Assembly: GCF_033153115.1 (NCBI RefSeq)
Contig: NW_026889786.1
Location: 496,001 to 560,000, forward strand
Direction of reading: 5' to 3'
DNA from: Saccostrea echinata
Taxonomy: Eukaryota
DNA: 64,000 bases
Shown: piece after piece, positions 32,901-47,044 of the stretch
Position numbering within the stretch: the first letter of the stretch is position 1
How the letters are laid out: each line of letters begins with the position of its first letter
Notes under the pieces: generated by a model
What the model saw: only the letters and a program-made list of their open reading frames with translations
Databases searched by the model: none
What the model was told of the DNA's origin: nothing
Translations under genes and position numbers: made by a program

Positions 32901-34591
32901 TGTTTTGGTGGCCTGTCCAGAGAACAGTCTCTTAGACAGCTCTGAGTTTTACAAGCCTGTTGTTACGCCATTTGAGATGGAGCTTGCTTGTAACAGTAAC
33001 TTGGAGTGGGATGGGAACTATGTCACCAGCTTTGCAGACCTTTTACCAGGTACCTTAAGTATTTCGTCATTACTTTTATTTAGATTTGGATCAGTCATCT
33101 TTAGTTTCAATTTATTTTTGGTACCCAGTTTGCACATTAAAGGGAAATAACTCTGACAAGAAACTGAAATTCAGGATAAATCATAGGTGTTTTTTGTTTG
33201 CTTTTGATGTCAGTTGATTTTTGTCATCAATTCTAGGAGGATCATCTTATAGAGAGCTAATCATTCCTGATGAAGAGGTTGCGGATGTATCCTTGGTTAC
33301 AGGGAAGATGAGAAATATAGGCGTGTCTAAAGACCCACCAGAAACCATGTCTTCTGTTGTCCTTCGTAGTCAAGCTCTGGGTGTGTCCACAATAAAGGCA
33401 GACTCAGCAGGTAAGATTATCCTCTGTGTTATATAGATTTCTCAATTAATTATCAAAGCTTTCAACTTGTATCCTTGGATTTTGAAATTGAATTTAAGTG
33501 CTTTTGGCTAGAAAGTATTAAAGTATATACATGTAGGTCCAGGCCTTCCAAAATCTGCTGGTACCCAGTACTTTTACCTGACTGAAATTTGAAGGAAAAA
33601 AAAATTATAACATATTTAATTAAAATCGCTTCCCTAAGGTATCTCCTATTTGGTTTGAAGTACCACATGTTTCTAATCTTTTTGAAAGCCTTGAATAGGT
33701 GCATCAGTGTTAATTCATTAGGTTCTAGAAATGATGAAACTGCAATCCATATAATAAATCTTGAAGGAGTGGAGAGTAGGATTTACAAATTTGATTAATA
33801 CTTCTATAAGAAAATGATTGCTATCTATGACAGTAGGAAATAAAATGGATCCGTTAGTCAGAGTAAAAAGAAAAAAAAAAACATTTTCAGCTGACCTGTC
33901 CCATAGGCACAACTTAGCACTTCTGATTGAAGTCTGTTTGGCATATGCCAAAATATTTGTTGTCAGAACAGCAAGGATAAACTATTAACTCTCAAATTAA
34001 AATGAAAGCATCCTTTTGTAGTGGAGTTTAAAATTTATTCATGACCCTAGAGTGGGTCACAATATATCGGGTTTTGCAGTTTGATAATAGTGTGTCAACT
34101 ACCTGCAGAACATCAAGACTTTAATTTGCTAATTTACTATGTGATGCAGTGATGATGATGTGTGTCCTTTGACTTAGTTTGGCAATGGAGCCAAGGAAAG
34201 GGTGCTTGCTACATATTAATTTGGCAGAGAGATCGAGAGTACCATAATAACTCATGTGAGCCCTGTGGCCTTTGGGCCTCCTATTATAGATAGACTTGAA
34301 ATTTCATAAACAGTATGATCAGGATTCAGTATTTTGGTGGATCGATTTAATTTACTTGAAGTGGACCTATTTATCATTAGGGGGGAAAATGCACAATAAT
34401 ACAGAGAGACATCTTTTGAACTCTGGTCGGTAGATGTAATTTCCACTTTTCTTTTCACAGGGGAGTATCTTTCTAACAGATCATGGCGAGGCTTGGACCA
34501 GCAGCTTGGGCAGACCCCCGTGACAGATGCAGTGGAGGGATTGTTTGGAATAGCTGCTAATTATACTGAAAAACCAACAAATAAAGACTAA
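29950..34591 (+). CDS. DPH2: Diphthamide biosynthesis protein 2 (2-(3-amino-3-carboxypropyl)histidine synthase subunit 2), 500 aa, 6 exons
   Basis: Exons 29950-30099, 31201-31313, 31820-32037, 32333-33049, 33237-33410, 34461-34591 (1503 nt). Motifs: [105 protein letters not shown]. Confidence 0.96.
30175..31153 (-). mobile_element. Helentron-like HINE in DPH2 intron 1
   Basis: acaagaggcccatgggccacaatgctaacctga ... tandem tgtggccccaccct units ... (gaca)n ... ttcaggtgagctaa. Confidence 0.82.
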
Positions 34592-34799
34592 TATATAATA
34601 TGTGTATTTCTTACTCTTTTCCTGTAAAATGTTTAAAATGTTTGTATTTATTACAATATAATATAAATCTTGAATTGCAAGGATATATATTGAGAAATTG
34701 ACCAGATTAGACAACTTTTTTTAAAATAATCGAATTTACTGAAAGAGGCTTAGAATTTACATCATATCAGGCAAGATTTCAGAATACAAAACATCCAGA

Positions 34800-35473
34800 T
34801 TAGACAACTTTCACTGTAGATTCAAGTTTTTTTTTTTCATTTTTTTATCAAATAAAACCCAGGCTAGGCTGGAGTCAAAGTAAGGGTCTATATTTTACAT
34901 AGGGGGATACAGTTTGGCCAGCTTTAGACAGATAAATATGCAGATGGTTCAACTTGCAGCTTTTTTAGGACAAGATGAGGCCGCAATGAGGGGGGAGGGG
35001 GGGGGGGGGTCGACGTCTTTCATAGTTTCAATCATAAAAAATCTTTTTGAGAACAGCAGGACCACAAGTTCTAAAATTAATGTGCAAGAATGTTCATGTA
35101 CCGGTAGTACTGATTAAATTTGATCAAATCATAGTCCCTGGGTCTAGATTGGTGCCACAATGAATGAAGGCAAACTTTATACAAGTAAACACAGGGACAG
35201 CTAGTATGCAAAATCTTATGAACCCTCTCTACACTGCACATTAAAGAGTTCTGATTATATAGTATTTTTCTGCAGTTAGAGTGATCTCTCCTTAGTTCTG
35301 AATTCAAATAAACTGAAATCTTCAGTGTATTACTCAATTTGTGATCAAGCATTCCGAACATTTTAAAAAGCCAAGATAAAGTAGTTGAACAGTTTATTTG
35401 TATGTATTTCCCCCACTGAAGTAAACAACAGTGATTTTTGTTCATTGATACTTTGTTGCCTTTGAACATTATT

Positions 35474-35508
<35 letters not shown>

Positions 35509-36947
35509 TGCCATGTACCATATATTGAAAATTAAATAGATTAGCTCAATGATTGCACATTTATTCAGTATAATTTTCTCAGTGTCCAAAAGACATTTTG
35601 CACTGTTGTAATGAGGGTCCTTAAGGATGAATAACGCAAACTTTTTTTTCAGAAATTAGCAATGTATCTCAGATTTATATTTATATAAGTAACCTAAATA
35701 ATGTTTACCAAGGTAAGTGTGAAAATTTTGTAAGAATTCGTAATAATGTTAAAGAAAGTGTGCAAAATTTTGTATAGTGTACATAGAAAACAGCGTAAAG
35801 TCGCATTATTTCAGCATCAAAGAAAACGTAATTTATATTGTATGGATTTATTGTGCTATTTTTATTCAAAATCGGTCCAAAAATGTACATCAATTCATGC
35901 ATCAAATTTTTTGTGTTATGTATCCCTAAAGGTAGCAGAGGATAGATACAGCCAGAGTCCAATCTCCCCACATAGTTTAGATTCAAGTTTGTCCAAATCA
36001 TGGCCTGTTAGATCAGGATAAGGCCACAAAAAGGGGGGGGGGGGTGTCAGATTTTACTTAAGATGCCCATGGATCAGAATGCTCACCTTAACTTTGGAGA
36101 AGATTTTAAAAAGATTTTTCTGTACATTTCCATGAAAAATTGATCTTGTATTATGGCCCCACTATAATTTTGAGGGGTCTCTAAATCCACACAGCATGGC
36201 AATGATTTAATATCAATATGACTAACATGGCTTTGCAGTTTGGAGATTAAATTTCTTTTCATGTATAGAAGCATTATCTACAATTGATCCCTACTTAAGC
36301 CATCTCTAACTCAGGGTTTTTAATTTGAACTTCTGATGAAAAGTATGACCATGAAAGTCAAGATAATGTGCAAGCTTTCCACATCATGTAGAATCAAGTT
36401 TGTTCAGACCATAATCTCTGGGACTAAGGTGGGGACATAGTAAGAAATCAAGTTTAACACTGGCAAATACTCAGTAAAATGGAAAAAAATTGATTAAAAA
36501 CTTGTCAAGACCAGCAAGGGATATAAGTTAATTAATTTTCAAACATCCTCATGTTGTATAACCTCAACAGCAGTGAAATTATAGCACCCTAGAGTAGGGC
36601 CACAATAAGAAGTCAATATTCTGTATAGGAATATGAATGGGGAAAATCTTATTCTGCAGAACAGTATTGAGTTTGTCTAATTAATGTGAAAGCATTCCTG
36701 CATTCCCACATAATTTAGATTCAATAGGTTTCAAACTTGGTAGAGAAATGGGAGAGGGGGTTATAGGAAGAGGTGAATTTTTACATAGAAGTAAACAGAC
36801 TTTTTCAGTACATATAACAGCAAGACAAAAATTTAAAAGACTAAAACCGTATCAATCAATAATCTGTAGAATTGTTCACACACAGTAAATGATGGTTGAA
36901 TTTACTCTTATGTAACACAGGTGAGCATTGTAGCCCATGGGCTTTTT
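34800..36947 (+). mobile_element. Degenerate HINE/satellite relics downstream of DPH2
   Basis: Scattered gattcaagtttgt..aaatcat/ggccacaa units ending caggtgagcattgtagcccatgggc. A reversed fragment starts near 36060. Confidence 0.5.
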
Positions 36948-37957
36948 ATCATTTAAAAAAGACTGCACAATTAAGAATAAAAACCCTTTAAAAAATCACA
37001 ATATCTACCTGAACATTCCTGAGGGAAATCATAGAAATAAGGAAATCATAGAAATAAGGAAAAGACATATTCATCCAATAAAATGAATATGGCTTTGCTC
37101 ATGATTTTGACCTACTGGAGATAACTCATTGATATACTGTACTTGTGCTAGAAATCTGAATCCCACTATGGATTTTCTGTTCATCTATACTACTTAACAG
37201 GAAAGAAATTATACATGTACATCAACCTAGAAGCCACTGTTGACAAAAATCAGGAAAAATTATTCCATTCTGCAGGTGAAAGAATGAGGCCCAAAGGTCA
37301 TTAAAACTATTTAAATATCCAAGGCTGTTGATTCAGAAGTGAAATGTTGTTTGTGAATTTTGATACACTTCCCATATACAATGTAGCTAACAAAGCTCGT
37401 TAATGTCTTGCTTTTTGAAGGAAAAGTGATTCAATTTCCAAGATTATTCTATTTTGATCTACCAAGGTCTTGACTTTCCGAGAATTTAAACTATTAAATG
37501 GCATTATAGAAAAAGTATAAGAAATTTCTATTGCTGTATTTACAAACATGATCCTTCTATCTATGATTCCAGGAAGTCTCTTAGAAAAATAAGTTAATCT
37601 AAAAAGAAAATCCAATTTTTATTGAAGTAACCAGGGTAAAGGGGCCTGAACACAGATGCATATATTTATATTTTAAATTTCTACGTTTATTCAAAAATAA
37701 TTTCAGTTACCGGTAAATGAATTGAACTTACATGAATATTCTTAGAATTCAATGACAAAGACATTCTTCTTTAAATCACGTCAAACGTCTGTGTTTGTAA
37801 ACAGGGCACCAGCTCTGTCATTGTTAATGTTTATGAACCAGATGTGTTCAATTTGTTAACTGCACACAGCACTGAAAATGAACTGACAATGCAGGTGAGT
37901 TGGTTTTGCTTTCTCAAATTTCTTCTCTGTGTTTTCTGGATTATAGTTACGAAATGT

Positions 37958-39087
37958 TCCACCTGGAATATAGGGGGAATAGAGGCGTACTTGGAGAAGG
38001 GATTCCGGGCGTCAGTTTGTCTCGATACATATATGGTGATATACAGGTTCCGGGCGTAACCCAAGAGGAATCTAAGAGGAATTGAGCAGGAATTTGAGGC
38101 GAAAAATGCAAATGAGCTACGCCCGGAAAAATAAATGACGCCCGGAAAAAACTTACGCCTGGAAACTAAAATGACGCCTGAAGCAGAATTACGCCTGGGA
38201 AGTCCTTATTATTATATAATACTATGTGACCTAAAAACCTATAAACCAAGAAAAAACATTTAGGTTATGATTTACAATGTTAAAGTTAAAAATTTAGCCT
38301 TTTGAACTGGAAGAAAACATAATGACAGGTCATTAACATAGTATAGAAATATAATTTATAAAAGCCGTTTCAATTTTTTGTATAAAGGACACTGTCAAAC
38401 ACCACCATGAGTGTAAAATAATGTTTGAGAATTCAATAAACTTTTTAAAATACATTTTATCACTTCAATAATCAATCACTTCAATAATCATGACACTGAA
38501 ACAAATTACTTAATACTGTTCTTCATTTATTCAGTACTTTACAATTCAAATGCCTCTATCAGACTAACTCAAAATATCTAAAGTAAAGAGTCAATAAGTT
38601 ATAACTTATGATCATTGTACATAATCATAATCAAAGGATCTACTCAAGTTGATACCAGATATTAATTATCACACCTACCAGCAGATACTGTGTCATCCAG
38701 AACAAGTGTAAAAGCCTTAACATTGGTATATCTGTATTCCCTATTTCACTCACACTAAACTCCCTCCTTCCTGATCAAATTCAAACTTAACCTCCTATCT
38801 GAAATGACCCTTAATTGATAATTAAATTGAACAATCAGGCGCTTTTACTCCTCCTGAAAGTTCCAGGCGTAATTTTTGTTTCCATTTTCCTGCCATTTTA
38901 CGCCAGGAAAATCTGAACTTGCCAATTGACGCCCGGTAAGTAGAAATAACGCCTGGAAGACGCCTCTTATATTCAGGCGTAACTTTTCAAAAACTCTGTC
39001 TCCACCTCAAGTACGCCCGGAATTTGCCAATTCCTGCTAGATTCCACCCATATTCCAGGCGGAATCCGCCTTTAAAATTCATACAGG
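37958..39087. mobile_element. Non-autonomous DNA transposon with subterminal acgcc(c/t)ggaa repeats
   Basis: ttccacctggaatatagggggaat inverted with attccacccatattccaggcggaa, and ggcgtacttg with caagtacgcc. The left extremity appears truncated. Confidence 0.65.
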
Positions 39088-39390
39088 TATAATATTTCTC
39101 ATTAATACAGAATAAAATTTATACTTTCCTTAAGTGTTAAGGTTAAAGTTGACTTTAGTTGTGAAAATTCCAGGATATGTGTCAATCAAATGCGTCCCAA
39201 GATTCATAGTTTTAAAAATCTCCAGATGAAAGAAGTTTCTAAACACACTTTTATTACATTTGGGCATATGAGTCATGATATTATACTGAAAATTTTAGAA
39301 AATATTAACTTCAAATCTGTGTTCAAGTCCCTATAACAATACTCAAATTCAGTTTTTCAGTATTTTTGTAGCATAATTCACAGGCCAATC

Positions 39391-39995
39391 AAACAAGAGC
39401 CCCGTTGGCCACAATGCTTGCCTGAGTCATCTTGGCCCTGCTTTTTTTTTCAGAACATTGGTTCCACCCTAGCCCAAGAGGCCATGATTTGAACCAACTA
39501 TACTTCCTGATGATGATATCTGCATAAAATATGACTAGTTATCATCACTATGCTGATCTTTTCAAGAAGATTTTTTTTTTCTTTGATTCTCTATTGTGGC
39601 TCCATCCTATCCCCAGAGGTCAAAAACTTGAATCTACTGGTCTTTACACATTAATACATGTATCACTAATCATGACTCTATCCTTCATGAAAGGAAGATT
39701 TTTCCCCCTACATATTCCCATATGAAACTTTGTAAAAACCTATTGTGGCCCTATCCTATTCCCCAGGGCCATGTTTTTAACAAACTAGAATTTGCACTAC
39801 CTGAGGGTGCTTACATATAAATATCACTAATTACGGTCCTGCTATAGTTGAGAAGATTTTTAAAAATATTTTCCAATATATTCCAATGATTTTTTTTTGG
39901 ACATCTACCCTTTTTTGCCTTTTCTTGATTATCTCTGCTTCACCCAAGAAGACTCAGGACCAAGTTTGGTTGAAATTGTCCAAATGGCTCAAGAG
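39391..39995 (-). mobile_element. HINE fragment
   Basis: aacaagagccccgttggccacaatgcttgcctgagtcatcttggccctgc start, as in the 21847 copy. Confidence 0.65.
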
Positions 39996-40484
39996 AAAAA
40001 GATATAATGCTAAATTAATTACAGTACCTTGTTTGATACTGTTTATTTTACTGCATGTACTTGGATTCAGTTCATCTATGTACTAACACCTCAGCATGCA
40101 TTTATGAGATTTAGAGTAAGAAACTATGTGGAAATATGGTTGATCCATTAATGCAAATGACCACAAACCAAGAAAAAAAAAAGAACTTGCATATCCAAAT
40201 TATTTATTTTTCATGAATATAAAAGTGTCACGCTTTCAAACAGACGATAGTGCATAATAAATATCACAGAGATTGATATCATTCATGGCACAAGTTTTTT
40301 TTTTCCAGATTTAGCTTCCTGTAGTTTTGTATCAAAATAATAGATAACTCAAATCCTTCCTTAAACCAAAGATCTTGTTTAAACAGTTATACAAGTGTTA
40401 AAAAGGTATTTAAGATTCCATGGTGTAAAAAGAGACTCATAATATTTTCTTCCTGAATACATTAAATAAAAAGGGCATTTTTTT

Positions 40485-43400
40485 TCAAGATTTTAATAAA
40501 GGCAACAATTCAGCATGACCAAAGTCTCTTGCAATGTCTTCAGCAGTCAGATGTCCCATTGTTAAGTTTGCATTTGCTCCCATTTTCAACAGCTTTTCCA
40601 CCACTTCACTATTTCCTGAAACAATACAAAATAGATGCCAGAACATAAACAGCTGTAAGAGGGTCATTCACAGTCAATTATCTGATTTTTTTAATTGCCA
40701 TTTTAATGATATGTTATCAGCTTTTAGACCAGGGTATGGCTGTCAGAGTGTATTGCTAAAAATTGTTGAAGATTGGAAGTTTGCTCTTGATCATAAAAAA
40801 TATACTGCAGCAATTATGATGGATTTATCTAAAGCCTTTGATTGTATTCCACATGATCTAGTTTTAGCAAAATTAAATGCATATGGTTTTACAAATGCAG
40901 CTACAAGTCTAATTTCAAGCTATTTAAGCAATCGAAAACAATGTGTGAAACTGGGAAATGCTTGTAGTGATTTTTTAGAATTGTACAAAGGTGTTCCACA
41001 AGGTTCAATACTTGGTCCTGTTATTTTTAATATTTTTATCAATGATATTTTTCATTTTGTATCTGATTGCGACCTCTACAACTATGCTGATGATAACACT
41101 CTCTCGAACTCGAGCGACAATATTATCTCACTAAAAAATACATTAGAAGCTAATTGTTCAACCCTAGTTAAGTGGTTTGAAGATAACCAAATGCAAGCCA
41201 ATCCTGATAAATTCCAAGCTATATGTCTCGGAAAGAAAACAAAACAGGAAAACATTTGTTTTGAAATTGGTAATATGATTAATCCGGAAAACGAAGTAAA
41301 ATTACTTGGCGTGACTATAGATTTTGAACTTAAGTTTAGCTCTCATATTTCAAACATTTGTAAGAAAGCTTCACAACAACTGAATGTACTTAAAAGAATA
41401 GGGGTTCACCTGACTAAATTAGGAAAACTAACAATCTATCATACATTTCTCATGTCAAACTTCAATTATTGTCCATTAGTTTGGCATTTTTGTGGTGAAC
41501 GAGGGACAAGAAAAGTGGAAAAAATACAGGAAAGAGCACTGCGTTTCATTTACAAAAACTCATATAGTTATCTTCTGGATAAATCAAAATTGCCATGCCT
41601 CAAACTCCGGCGTATTAGAACAATGGCCATAGAATGTTTTAAGATTTTAGACAAACAAAGCCCATCTTACCTGCACGATTTTATCCATATTAAAAAAAAC
41701 GCCATATTCTTTTAGATATAAGAAAACTGCTGTTTTACCAAAAACAAGATCAACAACATACGGTTTGAAGTCTTTTAGATATGAATCCGCAAAACTCTGG
41801 AATTCTTTACCAGAATCTTTTAGAAATATTAGTACTTTTAACCAATTCAAATCAAATATAAGTAGTTGGTACGGAAATAGTTGTAATTGCTGCGCTTGTC
41901 GCTAAATTTTATTTTTAGATAATAGTAAACAAGGTTTATTTCAGTTTGTTGGTCTTAATGTGATGAATACTATGTCATATGTCATTGTAATGCATCACGG
42001 GCTATATTGATATTTTAGAAGTGTGATTTTTAAGTACTGTTTCTTGTTTATTCTGTATTATTGTATTATATGTAATATTATTATGTAGTCGGAAAATAGC
42101 TCTTCAGAGCTAATGTTTTTTGTTTGATTTACCCAACTTTAAATAAATAATATCTTATCTTATCTAGATTCAATCTAACAACAAGTATATTTAACTTTCT
42201 GAAAATGTATACCATATACCCGGTACTTAAAATAAATACTTAAGTATATCTGATATCATTCATCTTTTAAATTTTCATAGCTGCACTCTAATATTTATTG
42301 ATACCAAAATACCACAGTCTTGAAATGTACTTTTTCGTTGTTATGCATGTACATTACACAAATATTTCATTATATTAAATATTCAGTTGTATCAAAGTAG
42401 CGTGGTATAGTGTGGTACATGTACTTAGTTTATTCCATGATGCATGCCACTTTCAATATTATTACCGGTATTATTTTTTGCAATAAATCCCCAAATAAAA
42501 GAAACATTCAGTGTTCTTCTGTTTATATTTCTTTTTCCATATAAATTGTTTTCCAAATAAACTTTCACTTGGATTTACCTATCTTTTATCATATCTTATT
42601 TTAATAAATCTAAGTGACCCTTTTACACTATGCACTCCAATGCAGTGGAATAAGCTAAAGTAACTTTCTTTTATTCTAGTATACTTGCAGATCACAATAC
42701 TTTTGTAAAAAAATATTGTCATATTTTCACAACAGTATTATTGTTACACCCCTAATTAATATATATACCTAGCATAATAGCCAGATGGAGGGGTGTGGCC
42801 TCTTCACACTGGGAGTTTTTGTTGTTGATATCAATCCGTGGATTCTGTAGCAGTATAGTGACTAAATCAACATTGCCGTTATTGGCTGCAGCATGGAGTG
42901 GTGTATTTCCAGTATCAGCTGCACAGTTTACATCAATTGGAGGCTTCACCTGAAACAATCATATATTTTTAATTGAAATGAATTTATAAACATTATATGA
43001 TAATAACCCTGAGTCTTTATATCTGTCAAAAAAAAGAAAAGAGAATCCTTATTTTATTTAGAAAAAAAATTAAGCTACAATAAACTTGTGAGTGCATAAA
43101 TGTCTCGCAGAAATATCTTTGAAACTTTTAAAATGTTCTCTTGAAATTTGAGTCCTACCCTGTTTATTAAGTAATGCAGAATACTGGGTTGATTGTACAT
43201 CACTGCTGTAAAGATGTATGTTCTGTTGTGGCTGTCCTTGTAGTGTGGATTTACAAGAGCTGTGGTGATATAGTAATGTAAGACATCCACCAATCCGAGT
43301 CGGATTGCTTGTACCACTCTCTGATGATGAACGGATTCCTTGGAGGATGAAGAGAGTAGTGAGCGATCTTGAGTTGGTGAAATGTCTCGTTTCAAATTGC

Positions 43401-44358
43401 GATAAAAATTCACAATAGCAGTCCAAACACTCAAAAGTGTAAAGGATCGCATGGCTAGAATCCACTGTGCATATTGTTTGTTACGAGTTGAACACTTAAC
43501 ATCGGATAACAATCGCTTGTAGCTTGTTTGTTTTTCAGATGACAAAACATCCAAGTAATCCAGAAATAAATAGGGTCCCTTGCTACTTAGAAGTATTCCA
43601 GGGTACTCCCTAAACACAGCTGTGATAAGGCCGAGTATGTCACGATTTGTGATCTTTCTCTGCTCTTTTCCAACAGTAAAGGCAAAGTTAGCCTCCTCCA
43701 CAATAATTTCATATTCTAGTTCAAATATTTCATTTTTCTGCTGATCAGGAAAGTCAGATAGCCAGAAATGGGCAAACTGTACAAACTTCTCAGAATTTTG
43801 ACAAAATTCACACAATTTCTGAACATTTTCGTTAGCTCTAGACAGCCAACTAGATACTACTGTGGCATCAATATAGCACATCATGTCATCAAAGTTTGTG
43901 GTGTTGGCTCGAACTCTTTTGTCAACTACTGGTGAAGATACTTCGTCTACATCTTGATTTTCAGAAATGATTGACCCAAAAGAAGTGGAAGCAACTGGTG
44001 GTAATACCTCAGCTTTTGGGAGTTCATAGGTTCCAGGAACAATATTAAGTACTGGTTTCTTGTCTCTCTTCTTTCTCTTTTTTGGTTTTGTTTTCTTAGG
44101 AATTGCATCAGTTTCTACAGCAGTTTCCGGTGGGGTGCTGCTGCACGTGTTTGTGACACACCCAGAGTCTGGAGACACGTGACGTTCCACAGATGGTAAA
44201 CGTTTTGAACTGTCTACAGAGCTTGCACTACTGACAGAAAGTGTATCTAAATCTTTTATTACAACTTCTTCATCGGAAAATATTTCTTCATCACTATCTC
44301 GCACTGTCAGTCTAGACACACATATTAAGTCCCTCAGATCTCTCACACCTCGACTCAT
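40485..44358 (-). CDS. 503-aa protein: disordered N-terminus, FAM220A/SIPAR-like helical region, C-terminal ankyrin repeats
   Basis: Exons 44358-43159, 42949-42769, 40615-40485 (GT-AG, in phase). Ankyrin motifs HNRTYIFTAV, TGNTPLHAAANNGNVDLVTILL, EATPLHLAIMLGNSEVVEKLLKMGAN, TAEDIARDFGH. Acceptor at 44651-44652 indicates upstream UTR exon(s). The FAM220 resemblance is from recalled sequence only. Confidence 0.85.
40658..42165 (+). mobile_element. 5'-truncated CR1-group non-LTR retrotransposon (RT domain) in the last intron of the ankyrin gene, antisense
   Basis: SAFRPGYGC, MDLSKAFD, GVPQGSILGP, YADD, KLLGVTID, NYCPLVWHF. Frameshift at the A-run near 41695, after which YGLKSFRY..KLWNSLP..CNCCAC* ends at 41905. 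AATAAA plus (TATCT)n tail. Confidence 0.93.
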
Positions 44359-45579
44359 TGTTATATATATATATATTTACATAAAAAATTTCACAGGCTT
44401 TTTGGACGGAATTTAAAAGAAGGTACTGTTCGTGTAAGTCACATGGTTAATACATGTGAATTTCAATTTCCACTCTTACTCGGACATCCAGTGCTAAGAA
44501 TGCACTGGTGAGTAGATAGGGTAGGCAAAACTTGGATTGCCAAGCAACACGAAAAAACAAAAGCAAAATCTTTGACAAGCTTCTGGCAAACTGAGCATAT
44601 GACTGGCTAAGGGTTTGCAGAATCATTTGGTTGGTTTCCAATATTTAGATCTGAAATAATATTAAGGAAGTCTTTATTATTAAAAGCAATGTCTTAGATG
44701 TATTTCACATATGAAAATTAATAATATTAGTACAGTACAAATTGGAGCAGAAGGGCTTACTAACAAACAGGAATTAATTTATTTTTGAGAAAGAAAAAGT
44801 TCAGGAATGTAAATTGTAATTACATGTGTAAAGATTCGAAAACTTTGCCCTATGTAATAAGTTTTCAACAACATTCAGTATCCATGACATAAACCTAAAT
44901 AGGAAGATTTCAATTTATCAAAGAGTCGAGAACTTCAGCAACTTCAGAATAAATGGTAACTTGTTGTACATGTAGGAGAGGGTAGTACATGGGAGTTTGT
45001 CACCATTAGAAGATTATGAAGGCTGTTGAAAATAAAGGGCATTTTGGTGCTGTTATCTATTTTCCTTTCTCAGTGTCAAAATAAGGTAAATGTTTCTGGT
45101 CTGACAAAACTTTGTCCGGTCTGAGAGAACAATGGACTTTGTCAGACCAAATGTCTGACAGTGATAAATGTATCAAAATTTGGACAAGTCTGATACATTC
45201 AATAAATATTGTTTACATAGTGAAATTTGACAAAAATAAAAGTCTGACAATGAAGTGCCTGTGACACATACTTAGAGTCATTTTTTGACAGTATCAATTT
45301 GGAAATAAATACAGGTGATGCAGTCAAAGTTGAAAGATCTTGCAAAAATATAAGAGTCTGTAGAGTCGACCACTGAATTGCTGATTCAACTAAATTTATC
45401 AATTTACTTCAAAGATTGTATCTGCAAGTGAGTTAAGGCTAGGTGTGGGGGTCATATGCAAATGAGCTAATTAAAACTATTATATACATGACACAGAACA
45501 GGTTTAAACTTACTTTCTTATACATACTTAGTACCTATGACATGGTTTAGCAAAATACACATTATTATGTCATTGTTTG

Positions 45580-46603
45580 TACGCAGTACAGTTAAGGTGC
45601 GCAATGGAAATATCGACAAATTTTTGTGATTAAAAATGTATTCATAATCAGGATGGCGATTATTTTTAGTACAATATATATATCAGACAAATGTAATTAC
45701 AGATAATAACTACATATTGAGGACGATTAGATTTTATATTTAGACTTGTCACATGATGCAGCAGTCACGTGATTTTAGCACATTTACTTGCAGTATTGAG
45801 GTCACCTAAAAATTTCACTAGTGAAAGGGCATAACGAAGTTAAAATTCTAAGTTTAGATTATAAATATTTTCAATACGCATTGTAGTTTCTAAAAAGTGC
45901 TGCGATCCTACATAGATTCTGCTATTTCATTGTTAATATCGTATTTGTATGATCGCATGGTGTATTTTTTGCTGGTCAACGGCATTAAATATAGATATAA
46001 TTAAATTATTTTCAAGATTTCATCAGGATCGCAGCATTTTTCATATACCTGAATACTTCTAGAATTGATTTGTAAAAGCTTACTATGATCCTTTGAGTGA
46101 ATGCCCTTGCATTAAGACCCCTACATTACCCTCCGATGTACTTGCGTACAAATATACAGCAGTATCTATTAAATAGGAAATGTACGGAAAATATTTTAAT
46201 AAAATCGTAAAGAAGACAATGAATCCAAGTTAATGGCTTATGAAATATCTGTAAATAATATTTTATTTAATTATAGAATACATTTTTCGTTGAGAAAATA
46301 TAATACGTGATCCGCCTCTCACTGCATACAAACTGCGTCAAGTTTTACGAAATGACGTCACATCTACAAGTGCATTGCGATCAGTGACTTGTTTATACCT
46401 TGTAATGTGGGGTTTAACTAACGACAAAAGAGCATGTTGTAGTAAGTTTTGATGTAGTTTGATGGTCTCCTACAGTTTAAAATAGCAAATCATTTCATTT
46501 TGTGGTATATTTAAGAATTGTTGGTTTTGTATGATGTCATAGTTAATTTTTCCCGTACAAATTAGGCTCCGACCCCTTTTTGTAGCCTTAACTGTGCTGC
46601 GTA
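45580..46603. mobile_element. Non-autonomous TIR element
   Basis: TACGCAGTACAGTTAAGG ... CCTTAACTGTGCTGCGTA. No clear TSD. Confidence 0.65.
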
Positions 46604-46709
46604 GTAAGTTACTACTCAAAATTGATAAACAATATCAATAAAACAGCTTCAGCACAAAGGCATAGCATATTTAATTTGACAAAAACAAGATTTAATAATG
46701 AGCACAATA

Positions 46710-47044
46710 TAGACCCTTCTCCTATGACACATTTTGCTTAGGAGTTATTCCCCTTAGCCGCCATCTTGTATAGCAAAGCAGTGAATTTACCTCTTTGAGC
46801 AACCAATTTTAAACATGCATTCAAGAAAAATATGGGGGAAAATATTTACAATCTTATTATCATGAATTAATAGAGGATATAACAAATGTGTATTCATAAG
46901 AAAAATAGTGTTATCTTTACCTCAGTAACCAGTATAAGAAATTGAACTTGGTTGAATAATGAAGGGATCTGGGAATGTTGCCCTACAATATGGCGGCTAA
47001 GGGAAATAACTCCTAGGCAAAATATGTCATAGGAAAAGGGTCTA
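46710..47044. mobile_element. MITE with about 60-bp TIRs, TAGACC..GGTCTA termini
   Basis: tagacccttctcctatgacacattttgcttaggagttattccccttagccgccat inverted with atggcggctaagggaaataactcctaggcaaaatatgtcataggaaaagggtcta. Confidence 0.8.

Noticed and set aside
35077-35589. 170-aa ORF with poly-proline
   Set aside because: The poly-P comes from a G homopolymer within repeat relics; non-ATG start and no domain.
40534-40657. N-terminal part of the 393-aa RT ORF as a host-RT fusion or domesticated RT
   Set aside because: It is the antisense of the ankyrin gene's last exon read through by chance. RT similarity starts near 40658, and the element is 5'-truncated and frameshifted.
43070-43465. 131-aa overlapping ORF on the same strand as the ankyrin gene
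   Set aside because: Alternate-frame shadow of a coding exon, with no motifs.
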